A DNA stretch of 62,732 bases, the filler included, from Choristocarpus tenellus KU-1152 (Eukaryota > Protista > Phaeophyceae), in NCBI GenBank assembly GCA_964200185.2. It is 9 parts of 9 records of this genome, joined end to end, with 100 filler letters (N's around TTAATTAATTAA, not from the genome) between each part and the next. Parts side by side here need not be neighbours in the genome. Positions count along the whole stretch, not along the records: positions 31,405 to 39,008 come from CAXNAD020005888.1; positions 39,109 to 51,659 come from CAXNAD020001796.1; 7 more parts are not named here. The stretch is one strand, 5' to 3'. Positions 37,682 through 50,778 of the stretch are shown one piece after another. The position numbers and the translations under genes are program-made. The stretch's first letter is position 1. Every line of letters begins with the position of its first letter. The notes beneath the pieces were generated by a model. That model saw only the letters and a list, made by a program, of their open reading frames with translations, was not told the DNA's origin and did no database searches.

Positions 37682-38923
37682 GTGAGTTGTACTACTTGAG
37701 AAGGGGGGGGGGGGTCTACTACTACTATTTCTGTTGCTAATTGAAGAGTTGAGTACCGTGCGGTTGTTCTTGGCGGATCGAATTTTCTGGTTTTTTTTTC
37801 TCTCTAGCTGCTTGTTTGATTTTTTTTTTTGTTTCTGATGCGGCAGAGTGTTCCCTTTTGCGTTGTTGAGATGATGATATTTATCAGCTTAGTTTCGGAC
37901 TGACATAAGAATTGATAACGGAGGCACTTTGGTGCTGCTGCATAAAGGTAAGAACCATTTGATGTTTTTTTTATGGGAAGGCTGGACAGGATTCTAGTAC
38001 TCAAGACTTTAACACAGGTGGTCCTTGTCTTAGATCTCTTAATCTCAAATCGGTTCGTACACCTTCTCTCGACACCATCGCAAACACAATTTGACAGTTC
38101 TAGGAAGCAACACAACCACTCTGTTGCTGCCCTTCTGAATTTTGAAGTACTGTTACATACATATACTGCCACCCTATGAATCAGTGTCGTGGGGGGTTAG
38201 TTTTTCCTTAATTTTTTAAATACATACATTTGTGATTTGCTGGAACTGCATCATGTATCATGAGTAGAACATTGGTACCTCGATATTGAGATTAAAATAA
38301 AACCATTATATATATATATATATATATATGGCACAAATTATGCTTTCCACCTCCCATGAAGAGACACGTATCGTATAGACGTCTTCGATTAGCTACGTGT
38401 TACTCTCCTCTTCCCGAGTGCTGTGGCAGATGGATAGTGAGAATTGTGGATGTCTCTCTCTCTCGACCCACATTAATTTTTTTTTGTGAGGAGTCCAACG
38501 GCCACCAACCCACCCACCCACCCACCTGCTAGTTTACTTCTGCCAAAGTAGATAACACATATTTTCCTCACGTAAGCACCCTTACGTGTACAGTGTGTAG
38601 CACAACGCCTGATACGAATGGTGATGATGCACGTGACTGTGGTGGGACACCGGGTGGTTAGTTAACGATCTTCTGCGGGGGGGGGGGCCGGGCCGTTTTG
38701 CGTGTGATGTGATCGTTGGATCACTTGAATTAATTTAATTTTTTTTTGGCGTAGTTGAGTTGTGTAATAATTTTATTTAATTTTTATTTTTTTGAAGTGT
38801 TTATTATTGTATAGTATTTTGTTGTTGTTGTTGTTGTTGTTGTTGCTGCTATGTATTGCGTGAAGATGCAGAGATTTTGATTGATTGATTGAAGGTGGAA
38901 GTTCCGATTCGCGACACGGTTCA

Positions 38924-38995
38924 GACTCAAAAGTATAATCTCGGGGGGAGGGGGGGGGGGTGGTTTTGTGAGGAGGCGTCCATTTCGGTCAACAA
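38924..38995 (-). mobile_element. MITE family B partial copy, cut by contig end
   Basis: gactcaaaagtataatctcggggg...gtccatttcggtca matches the reverse complement of the right end of 46501-46678. Confidence 0.6.
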
Positions 38996-39008
38996 CTCTT
39001 TTTTTTTG

Positions 39009-39108
39009 NNNNNNNNNNNNNNNNNNNNNNNNNNNNNNNNNNNNNNNNNNNNTTAATTAATTAANNNNNNNNNNNNNNNNNNNNNNNNNNNNNNNNNNNN
39101 NNNNNNNN
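39009..39108. other. Artificial contig spacer
   Basis: N44-TTAATTAATTAA-N44. Confidence 0.98.
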
Positions 39109-39282
39109 CACTAAAAAAATATTATTTTTGCCTTCCACGTCAAAGCCCCCCCATTCTCTCCCCCCCTCCACGGCATCCTGCTCAGCACTAAAAAAAAATT
39201 CGTGAGAAAACAAAATTCTCATTAATTATTCCAGCCTGCAAAGTTGCTCGCAATGAATGCACACACACATACACACACACAC

Positions 39283-41351
39283 CTGTCGGCAGATCTGTGC
39301 AGCTACTTCGTTGTGAGGAAGACCAGCGGCACTGAAGAGAGGGATTTTCTGTCCACGGGCCACACTATTCATTACATCAATGGCAGAGATACCCGTCTGG
39401 ATCATGGCCTGCAAAATACAATCAATGGAGACAGTTTAGCAGGCAAAAACAAAAATACACAGTTGTGGGCTCGAACGCATGAGTACTAGAAACAATAGTT
39501 TTATGCGTATGATGTGTAGCAAGCAAGTTGGCAGATCACTAGGGAGGAGTTACGTACATCAACGCACCAAGTTACAGGCTCCACTGCAATATTTTATCCT
39601 AACCCTAAACTGTTGTGAATGTATGTTGTCTACACTCAAGTTTTGCATTATCAACAAAGATTGAGATGGCATTGGTGATGTCCTCTGTTGGGTGTGTGTT
39701 TCACCAAAGCAAATTAGTACCGACAATAGGGAATTTTGACTATAGAAATAGGGGGCTGTGTTGAAGCTGACATTGTTCTCTTCCATAGCAGCACCCTCTG
39801 CACTGACTACATCACACCCTAGGTAAGGATACCACTGCAGCGGTCCTTGACAGTATGAGTAAGGGAAAAATTCAGAGGGTTCGGTTGCAGAGGATGAGAG
39901 TGGGATGAATGTTTTGCACCTAGGTCATTCTACCAAGTGCGATACGAAGTTATCAAATAATTTTTATTTATTTATTTTTGGGGGGGGTAACAATAGATCA
40001 GCAGATAAGGCAAGAAAAAAACAGCTTTGTCACTGGTAGGAATAAGAATTCAGGATCCCTCTTAGGCCAACCCTAAGGAGATCAAAATAGGCCAAAATAT
40101 TTAGACGTAAAAGTTCCTTTGCTCGATCTCTGGAGTCCTCTTCTCGTACTTAAATTAAAGCATATTCCTCACCTTGGGGTAATCTCTACAGGATGGGTTG
40201 ATGGGCTGCCCCATGATATCGAGGTAGTCCTCTGCCAACACTGGTGGTGCATTGTCAATACACTTTCCAGAACCATTGAACGCTGAGGTTCAGACCAGAT
40301 TCAACGAACGGGTATTGACCAGCATACATCGAGGGAGGCCGCAGGAGAAAGGAAGAATGGTTAAAAAGTGGACTACAGCACACCAGGCATGTGGGAGGTG
40401 ACTGGTGTGGACTGCTGCTGGTCGTTAATGGGAAAGATGAATAGTTCTCCATTCACTCTAATGCTGGAATTGCGATGCTTTCACAGGTTACAGCCCTGAT
40501 AAATTGTGAGAGGCCATTTGATGTGTACATCCAACCATTGCCAACAGATACTAGGACAGTTCTCACTGTTCCAATCAATTACGTTTATTACCGGCACCTA
40601 CCGCGCCCAAGCATCTCCTCCGAGATTGCCATTTTCAACACATCGCCAGTAAAGGAAATGCGCGTGTTACGGTTGTCGATTCCCGATGTCCCCTCAAACA
40701 CCTGTACCACAGCACGGCTACCGAAGACCTCCAGAATCTGCACAAAGGCGTGAAAGGTTGAGCGAATAAAGGTTCAATGAGGGAGAGCGAGGGGGAGAGG
40801 GTACGTGTGAGGACTGGGTGGGCTTAAGGACGGAATAGGTTACTGAAACGTGGGGGTGTCGTTTGAGGTGACGAAAGGGAGACGATGAGACCCTGAGTAG
40901 CTTATTGTACAGTGTAGGATGTAGTGGTAAGGTCATGCCAGTTCAAAACCTTCGTTTACAACATTCCTTGATCAGTGCGACCTTGGTGAGAAAGGGAAGG
41001 CGATGGGAGGGTATCCTTACCAAGTTTGCACTTGTGTCCATATTCACTTAACAGGCTAAAACTTTCGTCAGGAGACCTCCATACCGTTGGCAGAGAGTAT
41101 AGCACAATATTTTTTTGACGTAGAAGCGATAATCGTTCATCGCGAGGGGAACTAACCTGCCCCTGACGTTTCTCTCCTGTTGACAGTGTGAGGTCTACGA
41201 TCTCGGCATACTTTGGCAACTTCACATTCTCTAGAATGACCAGAGGACCATTCACACCAGAGATAGTCTTGTACTCCATTCGCGGCTCCACGTGATAATC
41301 TCTTACCACCGCCGCAGTGGCGGGGTCCAGTGGTCCCATGGCAGGAGGCAT
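39283..41351 (-). CDS. ATP6V1B: V-type H+-ATPase subunit B, 5' part (exons 41351-41157, 40737-40602, 40282-40173, 39408-39283; remainder beyond contig end)
   Basis: [26 protein letters not shown]...RQGQ|[21 protein letters not shown]...EEMLGR|[32 protein letters not shown]|[42 protein letters not shown]. All junctions are GT-AG and in phase. Confidence 0.98.
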
Positions 41352-41674
41352 GATGTACTCTGAATAAGAACTTGTCCGACGACTCTATGCCTCCCAACTA
41401 TCAGCAAGTTCTCCCAGCAAGGCGGATTGAAACTCCGACCACCACAAAAGTAGTAGAGGGTTAGGGACACAGTACGTGTGTCGTCAAATAATCTAGCAGA
41501 GATGCGTGCAAACTAGTGCTATGGGAAGGTTGCAACCGTAGTCTTTGTTCTCCCTTTATCATTCCCCTCCCTTTTCTCAACCAAATTGTGCGGACGGACG
41601 GGCGGGCATTAGGAGTGTTCCATTTTGGACTTTCCTCGTGTCTTCCATCAAAATTTTTCACAAATCTCAACAAG
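41352..41674. promoter_or_regulatory. Putative bidirectional promoter
   Basis: 323 bp separate the divergent start codons of the V-ATPase B gene and the 7-exon gene. Confidence 0.6.
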
Positions 41675-44600
41675 ATGACCTCAAACAGGGTTGTGCGCCT
41701 CCTCGGGCGTTTAAAGGCCTACAGGGTGGAATGCCAGGTGTGCAGTGAGAATTTCTTAACCGTACCGATATGCAACTGGTCTGCGGCATCTGGAGTGCGT
41801 GTGACATCCATTCCACAGAAGAGACCGTGCCTTACTATTTTTGGTCAAATCTGGGGTTGGGTCTACACAAATGGTCCTCTCTATCATTGTAGGGCAAATA
41901 TTTCCTCTTTTCATGACTCGAGAAACGATAAAATGCAATGGGAACGGCAAGATTGCCGACAGGGTTATAGATGTGGAGAAGTCTGGTTGGACATTAAAAT
42001 GATTTCCCTCCCCGCCGTCTTCTTGTGGATGTGTGTATGTAACCCCGTCCCCCGACATGTTGCAACAAATTTTGTGGATTAACTACTCAATCTCACCATT
42101 TTCTCTTCAATGGCATGTATCCCCCCCACCGAAATGGCTTCAATGGTCTGTTTTGGCTTCACAGGAGAGCATGAGTCCTATGCCAGATCCTCCTTTATTG
42201 AAGAAGGAGGAGGAGGAGATGGTGGTGACATTTGAACGGCTTAGGTACGACTGTCGAGCTTGGAACGGGCGCAAGGCCAAGGGTCTGTGTGCTTTGTGGA
42301 ACATAAACCGCTGTGGTACCCAATCGATCCTTACAATCTGTTCTCCATCACGTACGAAAATGCCAATCAACAATCGCGTTGCTTCGAATCTCTTCACTCA
42401 CTATCGACCACCCTTTCAAGCAATCAGAATTTCTTGCCTCATGCAATATGATATCTCTAGCTCCATGTCACTTGTAGGATTGTTCTTATAACTCTTCACA
42501 GGTTGTGTGGAGTTGGGGATTAAACGGTTGTTGTGGTGATCATTATATATACTCACCCAAAGGCAGTATTGCCGCTTGCTGTAAGATCCACACTTTGCCT
42601 GCAGTTGAGAACACCTCGGACCTACCTCTTGATTAAAGTCGCTACTTCCTCGACTTGTCGACACTATACCCTATCGGGTTGGAGAGGGAGGTGTTACAAC
42701 AGTTGAACAGCCCAAAGGACTGGTGAGGTCACGGACAGGAAGACAATAATTGAAACATGCCAGTATAAGGTCAAACCCAATGTTATATATATATATATGC
42801 TTCTTGGTGGCCTCATGTCCAAGCAGAACGATCGTCCTATCACAAATGCTCACTTCAACATCTGATGCGAACACAAGGCCCCCTTTTACAATGCTCTATC
42901 ACAATCTGAGACCCTTAGATCCAATGCCAACCTATGGCTGCCAACACCCCCTCACCCTGTTTGACCTGCTCCGTAAACATTCATTCCAGTCCTTTTACAG
43001 CCCAACACAATTTCCCACTATTTCAACCCCACCTCCTCATCCTCACTCCAAACTCCCGCACGCATTTGTGCTCAGTAATTACACTCAATTTGTCGTCACA
43101 TACCCTTCCACCTTTTCTTTTGGATTCTTTGTAGTTCCTAACCCATCTTCTCCCTTCCCACCCCCTTGTCTCAACACAGGAAAATTCCCACATCCACACA
43201 CACCAGTGTCATCAAAAGTGCGTGGAAATCATACTTGGAAGCATGGAAAATGGAGACCTCATCTGGCCAGCGCAAGAGAAGGGAGGAGGAGCAACAGAAG
43301 AGCAAGGAGGCTCTGGAGGGAATGATGAAGGAGGCTGAGAATTTCGCTCTAGAAAAAACGGAGGTGGATAGACAATATGGGGGTGGGAGGTGGGGGGTGG
43401 GGGGGTGGGAGTGCACTTGAAGAGTCGATACATCATCTTGTCTGCAGTTTTTGTTGTTGATATCGGTTTGCATGGTCTACCCGACCACCACACTAGTTCT
43501 TGTGGTTTTTGATGTCAGAAACACTTTCTTTTTTTTGCACATCACACCGGGGAAACTTGCTGGGATCCCTCTTCCAACCAATAATACGCCATCATGAATG
43601 GTACCCTCCTTTATTGCCAAATGCATCCCAATTTCTAGGTTCTGTAGAGGGAAGCTCATATGATAGTCACCCCAAGATCATGCACATGAAACCGAGCGTA
43701 TGGCCTCGTTATTATAATTTAAAATCAAATGGAAAAGGAATGTAATATTAATTCTGGGTTGCAAGTCCTAGGTGTACCAACTACTTTCTATGGTGGAAAC
43801 TAAGGGGGTTTATCAATAGATGCCAGGAACAACGATGACTATAGCTGTTGTTGAAAGCATTCTTGATCCTTAGACTGGAGGGCAAGAGTTGGGGATCAAG
43901 TGTGTATCCCCCCATTCGGGACCTTATCTACTGCCCAATGTTCGAGTACTGGTCAAATGCTCATGCCATGCTAACACTGAAAATGTTCAGCACTTGAAAA
44001 AAATGTGTTCCTTCTCCACCCACCCCCTAACCCTAACATTGTTCCTTGTACTAGTGTTATGTTATGCCAAGTATAGAGAGTACATGGCTGTTCAAGCAAG
44101 CACTCGACCTTTAGGGTATTGACCTATGTCACTCCTTTTCAGTTTGTGTGACATGGTCAATCTATACATTTTTGTGGTATCAACCTTTCCTACCTACCTG
44201 CCTGCCTGCCTGCCATGGCAACTCTGCTCTGCATCTCTTTCATCTGATCATATCTTCCGTTTGTTCAGGACATGCGAAATACCAAACAAGCCCTTGGAAA
44301 GCTGATGGGTGAAGTGAAGGTGAGAAAGCTACCTCGTGAAGACAAGAGGGGGATAGGAAAAAAAAGAAGAAGCAAGGTTAGACTTCCAACAAGGTTCATG
44401 GGTCGGTGTCAAGGCTCATCTTTTGTTTTTCAAGTGCTTTTGGAAATGGGTGTGACAGGGCGTATTGGGAGAGGAAGTAGATGAAACCGTGCTGTCCTTC
44501 ACCGAGGCTGTCTATCTGATTTGTTCTTGTAAAATTCTTTTGTGTGTTAAAGAGAGAGATTGTTCTACACGCTCACTTGGGTAGTTGTTCTGTGTGTTTT

Positions 44601-47600
44601 GTGGAGGTACGGCAATGGTGTGCACGTGTGTTGATCAGCTAAGAGTGCTTCACAGTTAAATGTCCCACTCCCCCTCCCCTGTTTTATGTGCAGTCTCACC
44701 CACCAGTTCGTGGTCAATCAAGGTAGCATTTCAACAGGTATTCAACCCTTACCTTCGCCTCCTCTCCCTCCCTCTTGGTCTCTCTTTTGTCTCTGCGCTT
44801 GTGTAGTTCTTTTGGAAGGCGTCTATGCACCACAATGGCCCCTTTTTTTTGTTCTACTGTGGAGTTGTGCCAAGATGTTTTTACCGACCATGTATTACGA
44901 TGTTTGAGTTTGTTGGACATAGAACGCAGAGTAAGATTTTTATCGATTGAAGAAATTTATTTTTTTTGTATCATGTTGAATCAACGGGGGAAAAATTGCC
45001 CAGTAAAAATCCCTGTTAAACCCCCCAACTGTTTTGAGGCTTCCTAGCTTTTTAGTATTTGAAGTGTTGAGAGACAAAAGGGCATAGCCTTTAGTAAGAA
45101 GAATGTGTCACCCCTACCAACATATGTTTGTAGTGATCGTTTTTGGCAGAGTATTACGCACGCCTCTTTTTGCGCATGTGCTCACATGTTTGTGCAATGG
45201 AGAGTGACCCCACCCGCATTTTGTTGTTGGAGACTGTCTAGGAGAGACCCTGTGTCAATACCATGCCCCGTTGCATTTGTGCAATATCAGAGGAAAGACA
45301 TGCAACAAACTGCCGTTTACATTTTGTGTGCACACATTCTTTGTGGTCGAATTTGCTTGAATAGACTCATGATGGTGAGTGACCCCATCAATGCCAAGGT
45401 CTAAGGGCTGGTCCGTGTTGATGTTGTGCATGTGTGTAGATTTTTAGGCATTAGGGTTAGATGGTGTAGTAAGAATATCGCAAAGGTGTTGTGGTGTGAA
45501 CCAGTTCTGTGCAGTTGAGTATTGTGTGTCTGGCTTCAGTTTCAATTATTCACGCGAGGTTTTGTATGAAATATTGGAGGTAGCTGCTCGTTCTGTGTAA
45601 CTGAAAACATTATCGCTAGTCACCTCAACAGTATTTTTTTTATCGCCCTGTGTGGTGGTTACCTTTTTTATGTTTTTTGATGTATCAAGGATTCAAGGTA
45701 TGAGTTGAAGCAGGTGGCGGAGGATAAGTTGGATGTGATCAAGGAGTCCTTGGCAGAGTTTGCTGCAGGTTATAGGGAGGAAAGGTGAGTATGTGGGTAC
45801 TTTTGAGGTGAAAGGGGTTGGGGTTGGGGTGATGTTGGGATGCGCTCTCTGGAAATGTAGCTTCTGATTGGAAACTTGTGTGACAAGTGAACAGGCTAGC
45901 ATTCATTGAGGAGGTAAGTGTGAAATCTTGTCTTACATAATAGATGGTAAGTTTAGATTGGGGGTGGGGAGAGGAATTTGTGATTGGGTTTTTTAGTTGT
46001 GGGAGTGTTGGCAAACTGTCCTTTGTAGATACCTTTTTTATTGTCGCAGTGATGGGTGTATGCACTACCCATGTGACAGTTTTTATATTTTACATTATTT
46101 CCATTGTTTGAAACCTCTTTGTGGGGGTGGGAGACTGTGATGTGGATTTGTCTCCACCTGTCTGTATCTTATGTATGCATGTGAGAAGGTATGGACGAAT
46201 AATCAAACCTATCGACGAGTGCTTGTGTGCTTCAATTGATCAATACTGCCAGAGAGCACAACATTTTGAAGTGGTGATTTTGTTTGGTTTGCAATAGAAA
46301 GTGATACTGTACTTAGCCAATGCTGTGTGTGAACGTTTGTGTGGTACATACTTTGCACTAGAGAACTGTGGCATGCTTTGTCCTGTCTAGAAGACCCATT
46401 GGCGGGAAAAGCATGTGTTTTTTGCTGCATTTTTGGGTTTAGCTTAATTCTAGTCGTTCCTTTCCAGATCGTTCATGTTGGTTGTTGACTGCTTCACCTG
46501 GCTCAAAAGTATCTGGGGGGGGGGGGTGCCAGCTACCTATTTGGGTTCCATTTTTTCAGTCGCAATTTTTTGTGATTTGGTTGCATTTGTTGGGTCGATA
46601 ATGTAATTGCATTTTTCCTGGTCATGACCCAAATGGACAACCTGGTTTAGACCCCCCCCCTCCGAGATACTTTGAGCCCCTGCCCAATCTGCACTAATTT
46701 GCTTTGTAGAGTTCATGGTGATGTATTTTTATGTCCTTTTGTGGCCGCCTTTGACTTTCATTAGTACACACTTCCTGCTGAGAATCTTGCTTCTCTTCCC
46801 CTACCCCCCCACCCACCGTTGCTAACAGGAACAAGGAGCTGAAGAGAATCGTATCCATGGAAGACCTTTCGTTTTCGAATTTCTTGGAGGAAAGGTTCAG
46901 TGAGGTCCATGAAGCCGCTTCCATGATCATGAATGGGGTGGGGAAGGATGACAAATCCAAGGCAACAACAAAATCACCAGGTGAGGTGGCAGTCGATTTG
47001 ACAAGTGATGGTTGACACAATACATATAAAGACCAATGTTTGATCCATAGAATGTGCCTCCACATCATGCACTCAACCTCCCCTAACCCCCCCATCTTTT
47101 TATTGCTAATAATGGGGCAAAAACAACAACAGCCACCTCTGGAAGTAAGGAAGAAGATCAAGCAAAGGCTGGTGGAGAAGAAGGGAAGGAAGGTGTGCCA
47201 TCACGACGTGGGGCAGAATCAGCTACAGTGGGTAAAGGCAGTGGTGATACGGGTGACGAGGAGGGGCTTCTGGGTTTGTTGTCTGCACCTGTGAGGGAGG
47301 CCACAAAAGCGACTCTAAATGATCCAGACGTGAAGGAGTTGACTGGGCGGGCTGGTGAGTTCTTGAAGGGCAGAATGCAACAGGCAGAGGAGGCTGGTAA
47401 AACACTGAAAGAAATAGCGGCGGATGGGAAGGCGTTGCTGAAGGAGGAAGCGCCTCTTTTAAATGAGGTTATAGATGATACGAAGTATATCTTGAAGGAC
47501 AGGGTTGCGAATGCTGAGGAGGCGGTAAAAGTGTTGTTAAGTCCTGAGGACAAGGACAAGACAGGCGTTGTCGATGGTGTGCAGGACAAGGGAAGAGGGA

Positions 47601-47728
47601 AGGTCACAGGACGGAGGGAGGAGGGTTTGGAGGGAGAAGGGGGGGTAGAGGGAGGGTTGAAGGAGAATGATGATTGTCGAGAGGTAGCAAAAGCTAGAGG
47701 GTTGAAAGAGGGTGATGGTAAGGGTTGA
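41675..47728 (+). CDS. Complete 7-exon gene for a charged coiled-coil protein, possibly mitochondrion-targeted (exons 41675-41737, 42165-42244, 43180-43363, 44269-44319, 45690-45784, 46829-46980, 47133-47728)
   Basis: All six introns are GT-AG with consistent phases. Arg-rich N-terminus MTSNRVVRLLGRLKAYR. Blocks AWKSYLEAW and ESLAEFAAGYREE look conserved. E/K/G-rich C-terminus. Confidence 0.8.
46501..46678. mobile_element. MITE family B (178 bp; G-tract TIR; 4-bp TSD CCTG), intronic
   Basis: gctcaaaagtatctggggg... / ...ccccctccgagatactttgagcc, with CCTG at 46497-46500 and 46679-46682. Confidence 0.85.
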
Positions 47729-49365
47729 AGGTTGTAATTGACAAACTCTCATGGCTGAGTCTCATGTATCTTCTTCTCCTGGTTTCCTGTTGACTGCACA
47801 TTATTTGTCAAGATGGTTGGACTTCAACAACTCCTGTGATGAGAGTTTGGTTGATTTTGTACATGGGTGCACGAGTGATCATATAACTCTGTTTTCAATA
47901 TAATAATTATGGAGGGTGACTGTGTGTTGAATAAACATGCCTATTCCATCATTATTTCTAATCTCAATTATGTGGCAAATGCTGCTTTGTCTTTGCTGTA
48001 GGACAACAGTCAGGGGATGGGCATCCATGCATGCTGCACAATCTCACCAACATGGGTAGTGGAGCAGTTTTGTGTTTATCGTTGCATGACCTATGGGGTG
48101 AGGTAGAAAAGGAATAGGCTTGGGGGTGAGTTGTATTACTATTTGGTTTAGATGCATGTGTTCTCACCATAATTTACAGATTGTGAACAAGGTGACACTT
48201 GTTTTGCACTGAGAAAAAAAAGACATTCCCTCCAGTTACATATGAACAGCATTTTTACATGGGTAAGAAGTTGTGTGAGAAGATTCAATTCTTTTCAATT
48301 AGCAACAACCCTGGTCTAGGAGAGACACCTCTTTTATGGAGCTTGTCGTAACAAAGTTCCCATGTCTGCACCATCTCAGCAGAAATTAGACCAGTCAGCT
48401 GGCACCTGCATCCTTGACATTGCTTTTTGTACTGTGCTGAGTGAGGTTATTGAGCTTCTCTTTGCCTCCTTGGTATGGACTGTAGTCGTTTGTTCCTTAC
48501 CTAATGATTTTGTGTTGTGTTGAGTTTGATCTGTGTCACTATGTTGTTCACAACATGTCTCTCAATGGGCGTAGTTCTTGGTGTTGATGGTGGTTGTGTT
48601 TGTGCGCGCGCGCGTGCGTGTTGTGGGTATTTCATTCCATGAGACCGATTCTCTGTGATGAGTACAGTGGTAGTAGATCACTAAGGTAGTAGGAAGTGTA
48701 ATAATTTCTTGTCACCACTCACTCCCCAAGCACAGTATGGTACCATACATGCACATCTACATCGCCTACATGTTTTACCACTACCCGTACAGGATGGTAT
48801 GCAAATGTGTATACGTATACATGTATTTGTGTACTGTGTGTGTATATTAAATCTAAATTAGTTGGTCCGAGGCCTCTGGGCACTCTCTTCTGGGCTCCTG
48901 GGCGCGCCAGGTTTAGGTCGCAATATGAACTGGACGTAAATTGGAATGGAGAATAATAGATGACCGAAGTCCTGGTGAAGTGATGGTGGACTGAGAAGTC
49001 TAGGACAGATGGGTCAGTATTACAGCAGGCCGTGGAACAGGTGTCCACGTCTTCAGCGGGATGCACCAGGGGTAGATGTAGGAAACCGACCGAAACGGCG
49101 GAGGGCTACATATAGTGCTGAGAAGATATGTGAGAGAGGACTTTTTGTTCTTGTTTGAAGAGATAAACTGAGTCTTCCCTTATCTCGCTTACCTCCACTA
49201 GCTTTTTCAACTCGTTAACTCTGCCATAGCTTACTACAACTTTGTCGTTTTGTGCCCCTTCAAACCCACATAGTAGCATCCAAGCACGGAAGCAGCTTGG
49301 ACATCCCCACCCTCTTTCGAGAGGATATTGGTATCCATGCTCTAAGTGTTGTTGCTTCCTCCGCG

Positions 49366-50778
49366 ATGCTTGATATGGAGAAAGTGCGAGTACTGCAGCA
49401 GGTGTCTCTGGGCCTTTGCAGGTATTGCCGCGAGACCCAGACCTATCACCTTACTGTATCTAATGGAACGCCAACTGTTATGTGGACTGGATACGCGATT
49501 GGCGAGAGAGGCTGCAAAGTTGCTTCACGTGTTCCACGCCCTCGGGTTGCATGTATTACATGGGGTTTGTCCTTAAAAGACCTTACAACGGAGTTGGTGT
49601 GCCCTGAGCTAAAGCAATTGAATTTTGATTCAACGTTCAACGAAGTGGTTCCTCGACCTGGTGTGGTCTCTGGTCGACTACGTGGCTATGGACGTTGCGG
49701 CAAACGAGGTGCAGGCATCGACCGTGTGGATTGGCCTCCCGGACTTGAGCGGTTGACCTTCGGTGAAAGCTTCAACCGACGAGTGGATGGGATGGAGTGG
49801 CCAGAAGACCTGAGGCACTTAACCTTTGGGAGTGACTTTGACCAGCCCGTGGATAAGGTGTCTTGGCCAGGTGGGTTGGAGACGCTAATCTTTGGACGTT
49901 CTTTCAATCAGCGAGTGGATGAGACAAAATTGCCAGAGAGACTTCGGAAACTCTGTTTTGGAGATTTCTTCAACCAACGGGTGGACAGGTTAGTATGGCC
50001 AGAAAGGTTGGAACATGTTGTGTTTGGACACGATTTCAACCGGGTGGTGGACGGTGTGAAGTGGCCCAAGGGCCTAAGGGAGCTGTCCTTCGGGTGGGAC
50101 TTTAACCAGGCAGTGGAGTTGGTGCTGTGGCCCGCGGGGCTCAGTACCCTTAAGTTTGGCACATCCTTCAATCAGCCAGTGGCGAGGGTGACTTGGCCAG
50201 AGAAGCTGAAGGAGCTGTGGTTTGGGTATTTCTACGATCAGCCGTTTGTTGGGGTGACATGGCCTCAGGGCCTGCGACACTTGTGCTTGGGGTACCACTT
50301 CAATCAGCCGGTGGACAGAGTGAAATGGCCAACAGGGCTTGAAGTGTTGGCCTTCAGCAAGTGCTTCAATCAGTCATTAGATGGTGTGACTTGGCCAAAG
50401 AGTTTGAAGACCTTGTCCTTTGGTGATGATTTCGATCAGCCGGTAGACAGAATTGTATGGCCAGAGGGTTTGATGAATCTTGTGTTCGGAATTTCCTTCA
50501 ACCATCCGGTAACGAACGTAGCGTGGCCGAAACGGTTGATGATCCTCATGTTCAGGGGGGATTTCAATCAAGCGGTGGAGGAAATGACATGGCCGGAGAA
50601 TCTAAAGGCAGTCGGCTTTGGGGGGTCGTTCAATCACCCAATTGACAGGGTTAAGTGGCCAAGGGACTTGGGGGTGCTCTGTTTTGCGAGATCTCTTAGC
50701 AAGCCAGTTGATGAGGTCGTATGGCCAGCAAAGCTGAGGTATGTGTCTGTGGAGGGTATCGTGACTTTTCTTGGCTAA
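49366..50778 (+). CDS. FNIP-type 22-aa leucine-rich-repeat protein (15 full repeats plus a partial one), intronless; frame open from 49252
   Basis: Repeat consensus VDxVxWPxxLxxLxFGxxFNQP from 49717 to ~50755. First in-frame ATG is at 49366. Confidence 0.9.
   Translation: MLDMEKVRVLQQVSLGLCRYCRETQTYHLTVSNGTPTVMWTGYAIGERGCKVASRVPRPRVACITWGLSLKDLTTELVCPELKQLNFDSTFNEVVPRPGVVSGRLRGYGRCGKRGAGIDRVDWPPGLERLTFGESFNRRVDGMEWPEDLRHLTFGSDFDQPVDKVSWPGGLETLIFGRSFNQRVDETKLPERLRKLCFGDFFNQRVDRLVWPERLEHVVFGHDFNRVVDGVKWPKGLRELSFGWDFNQAVELVLWPAGLSTLKFGTSFNQPVARVTWPEKLKELWFGYFYDQPFVGVTWPQGLRHLCLGYHFNQPVDRVKWPTGLEVLAFSKCFNQSLDGVTWPKSLKTLSFGDDFDQPVDRIVWPEGLMNLVFGISFNHPVTNVAWPKRLMILMFRGDFNQAVEEMTWPENLKAVGFGGSFNHPIDRVKWPRDLGVLCFARSLSKPVDEVVWPAKLRYVSVEGIVTFLG

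Noticed and set aside
41516-42082. 188-aa ORF as a stand-alone gene (also 42750-43325, 46694-47161, 47158-47607)
   Set aside because: Explained as read-through of, or antisense to, exons of the 7-exon gene.
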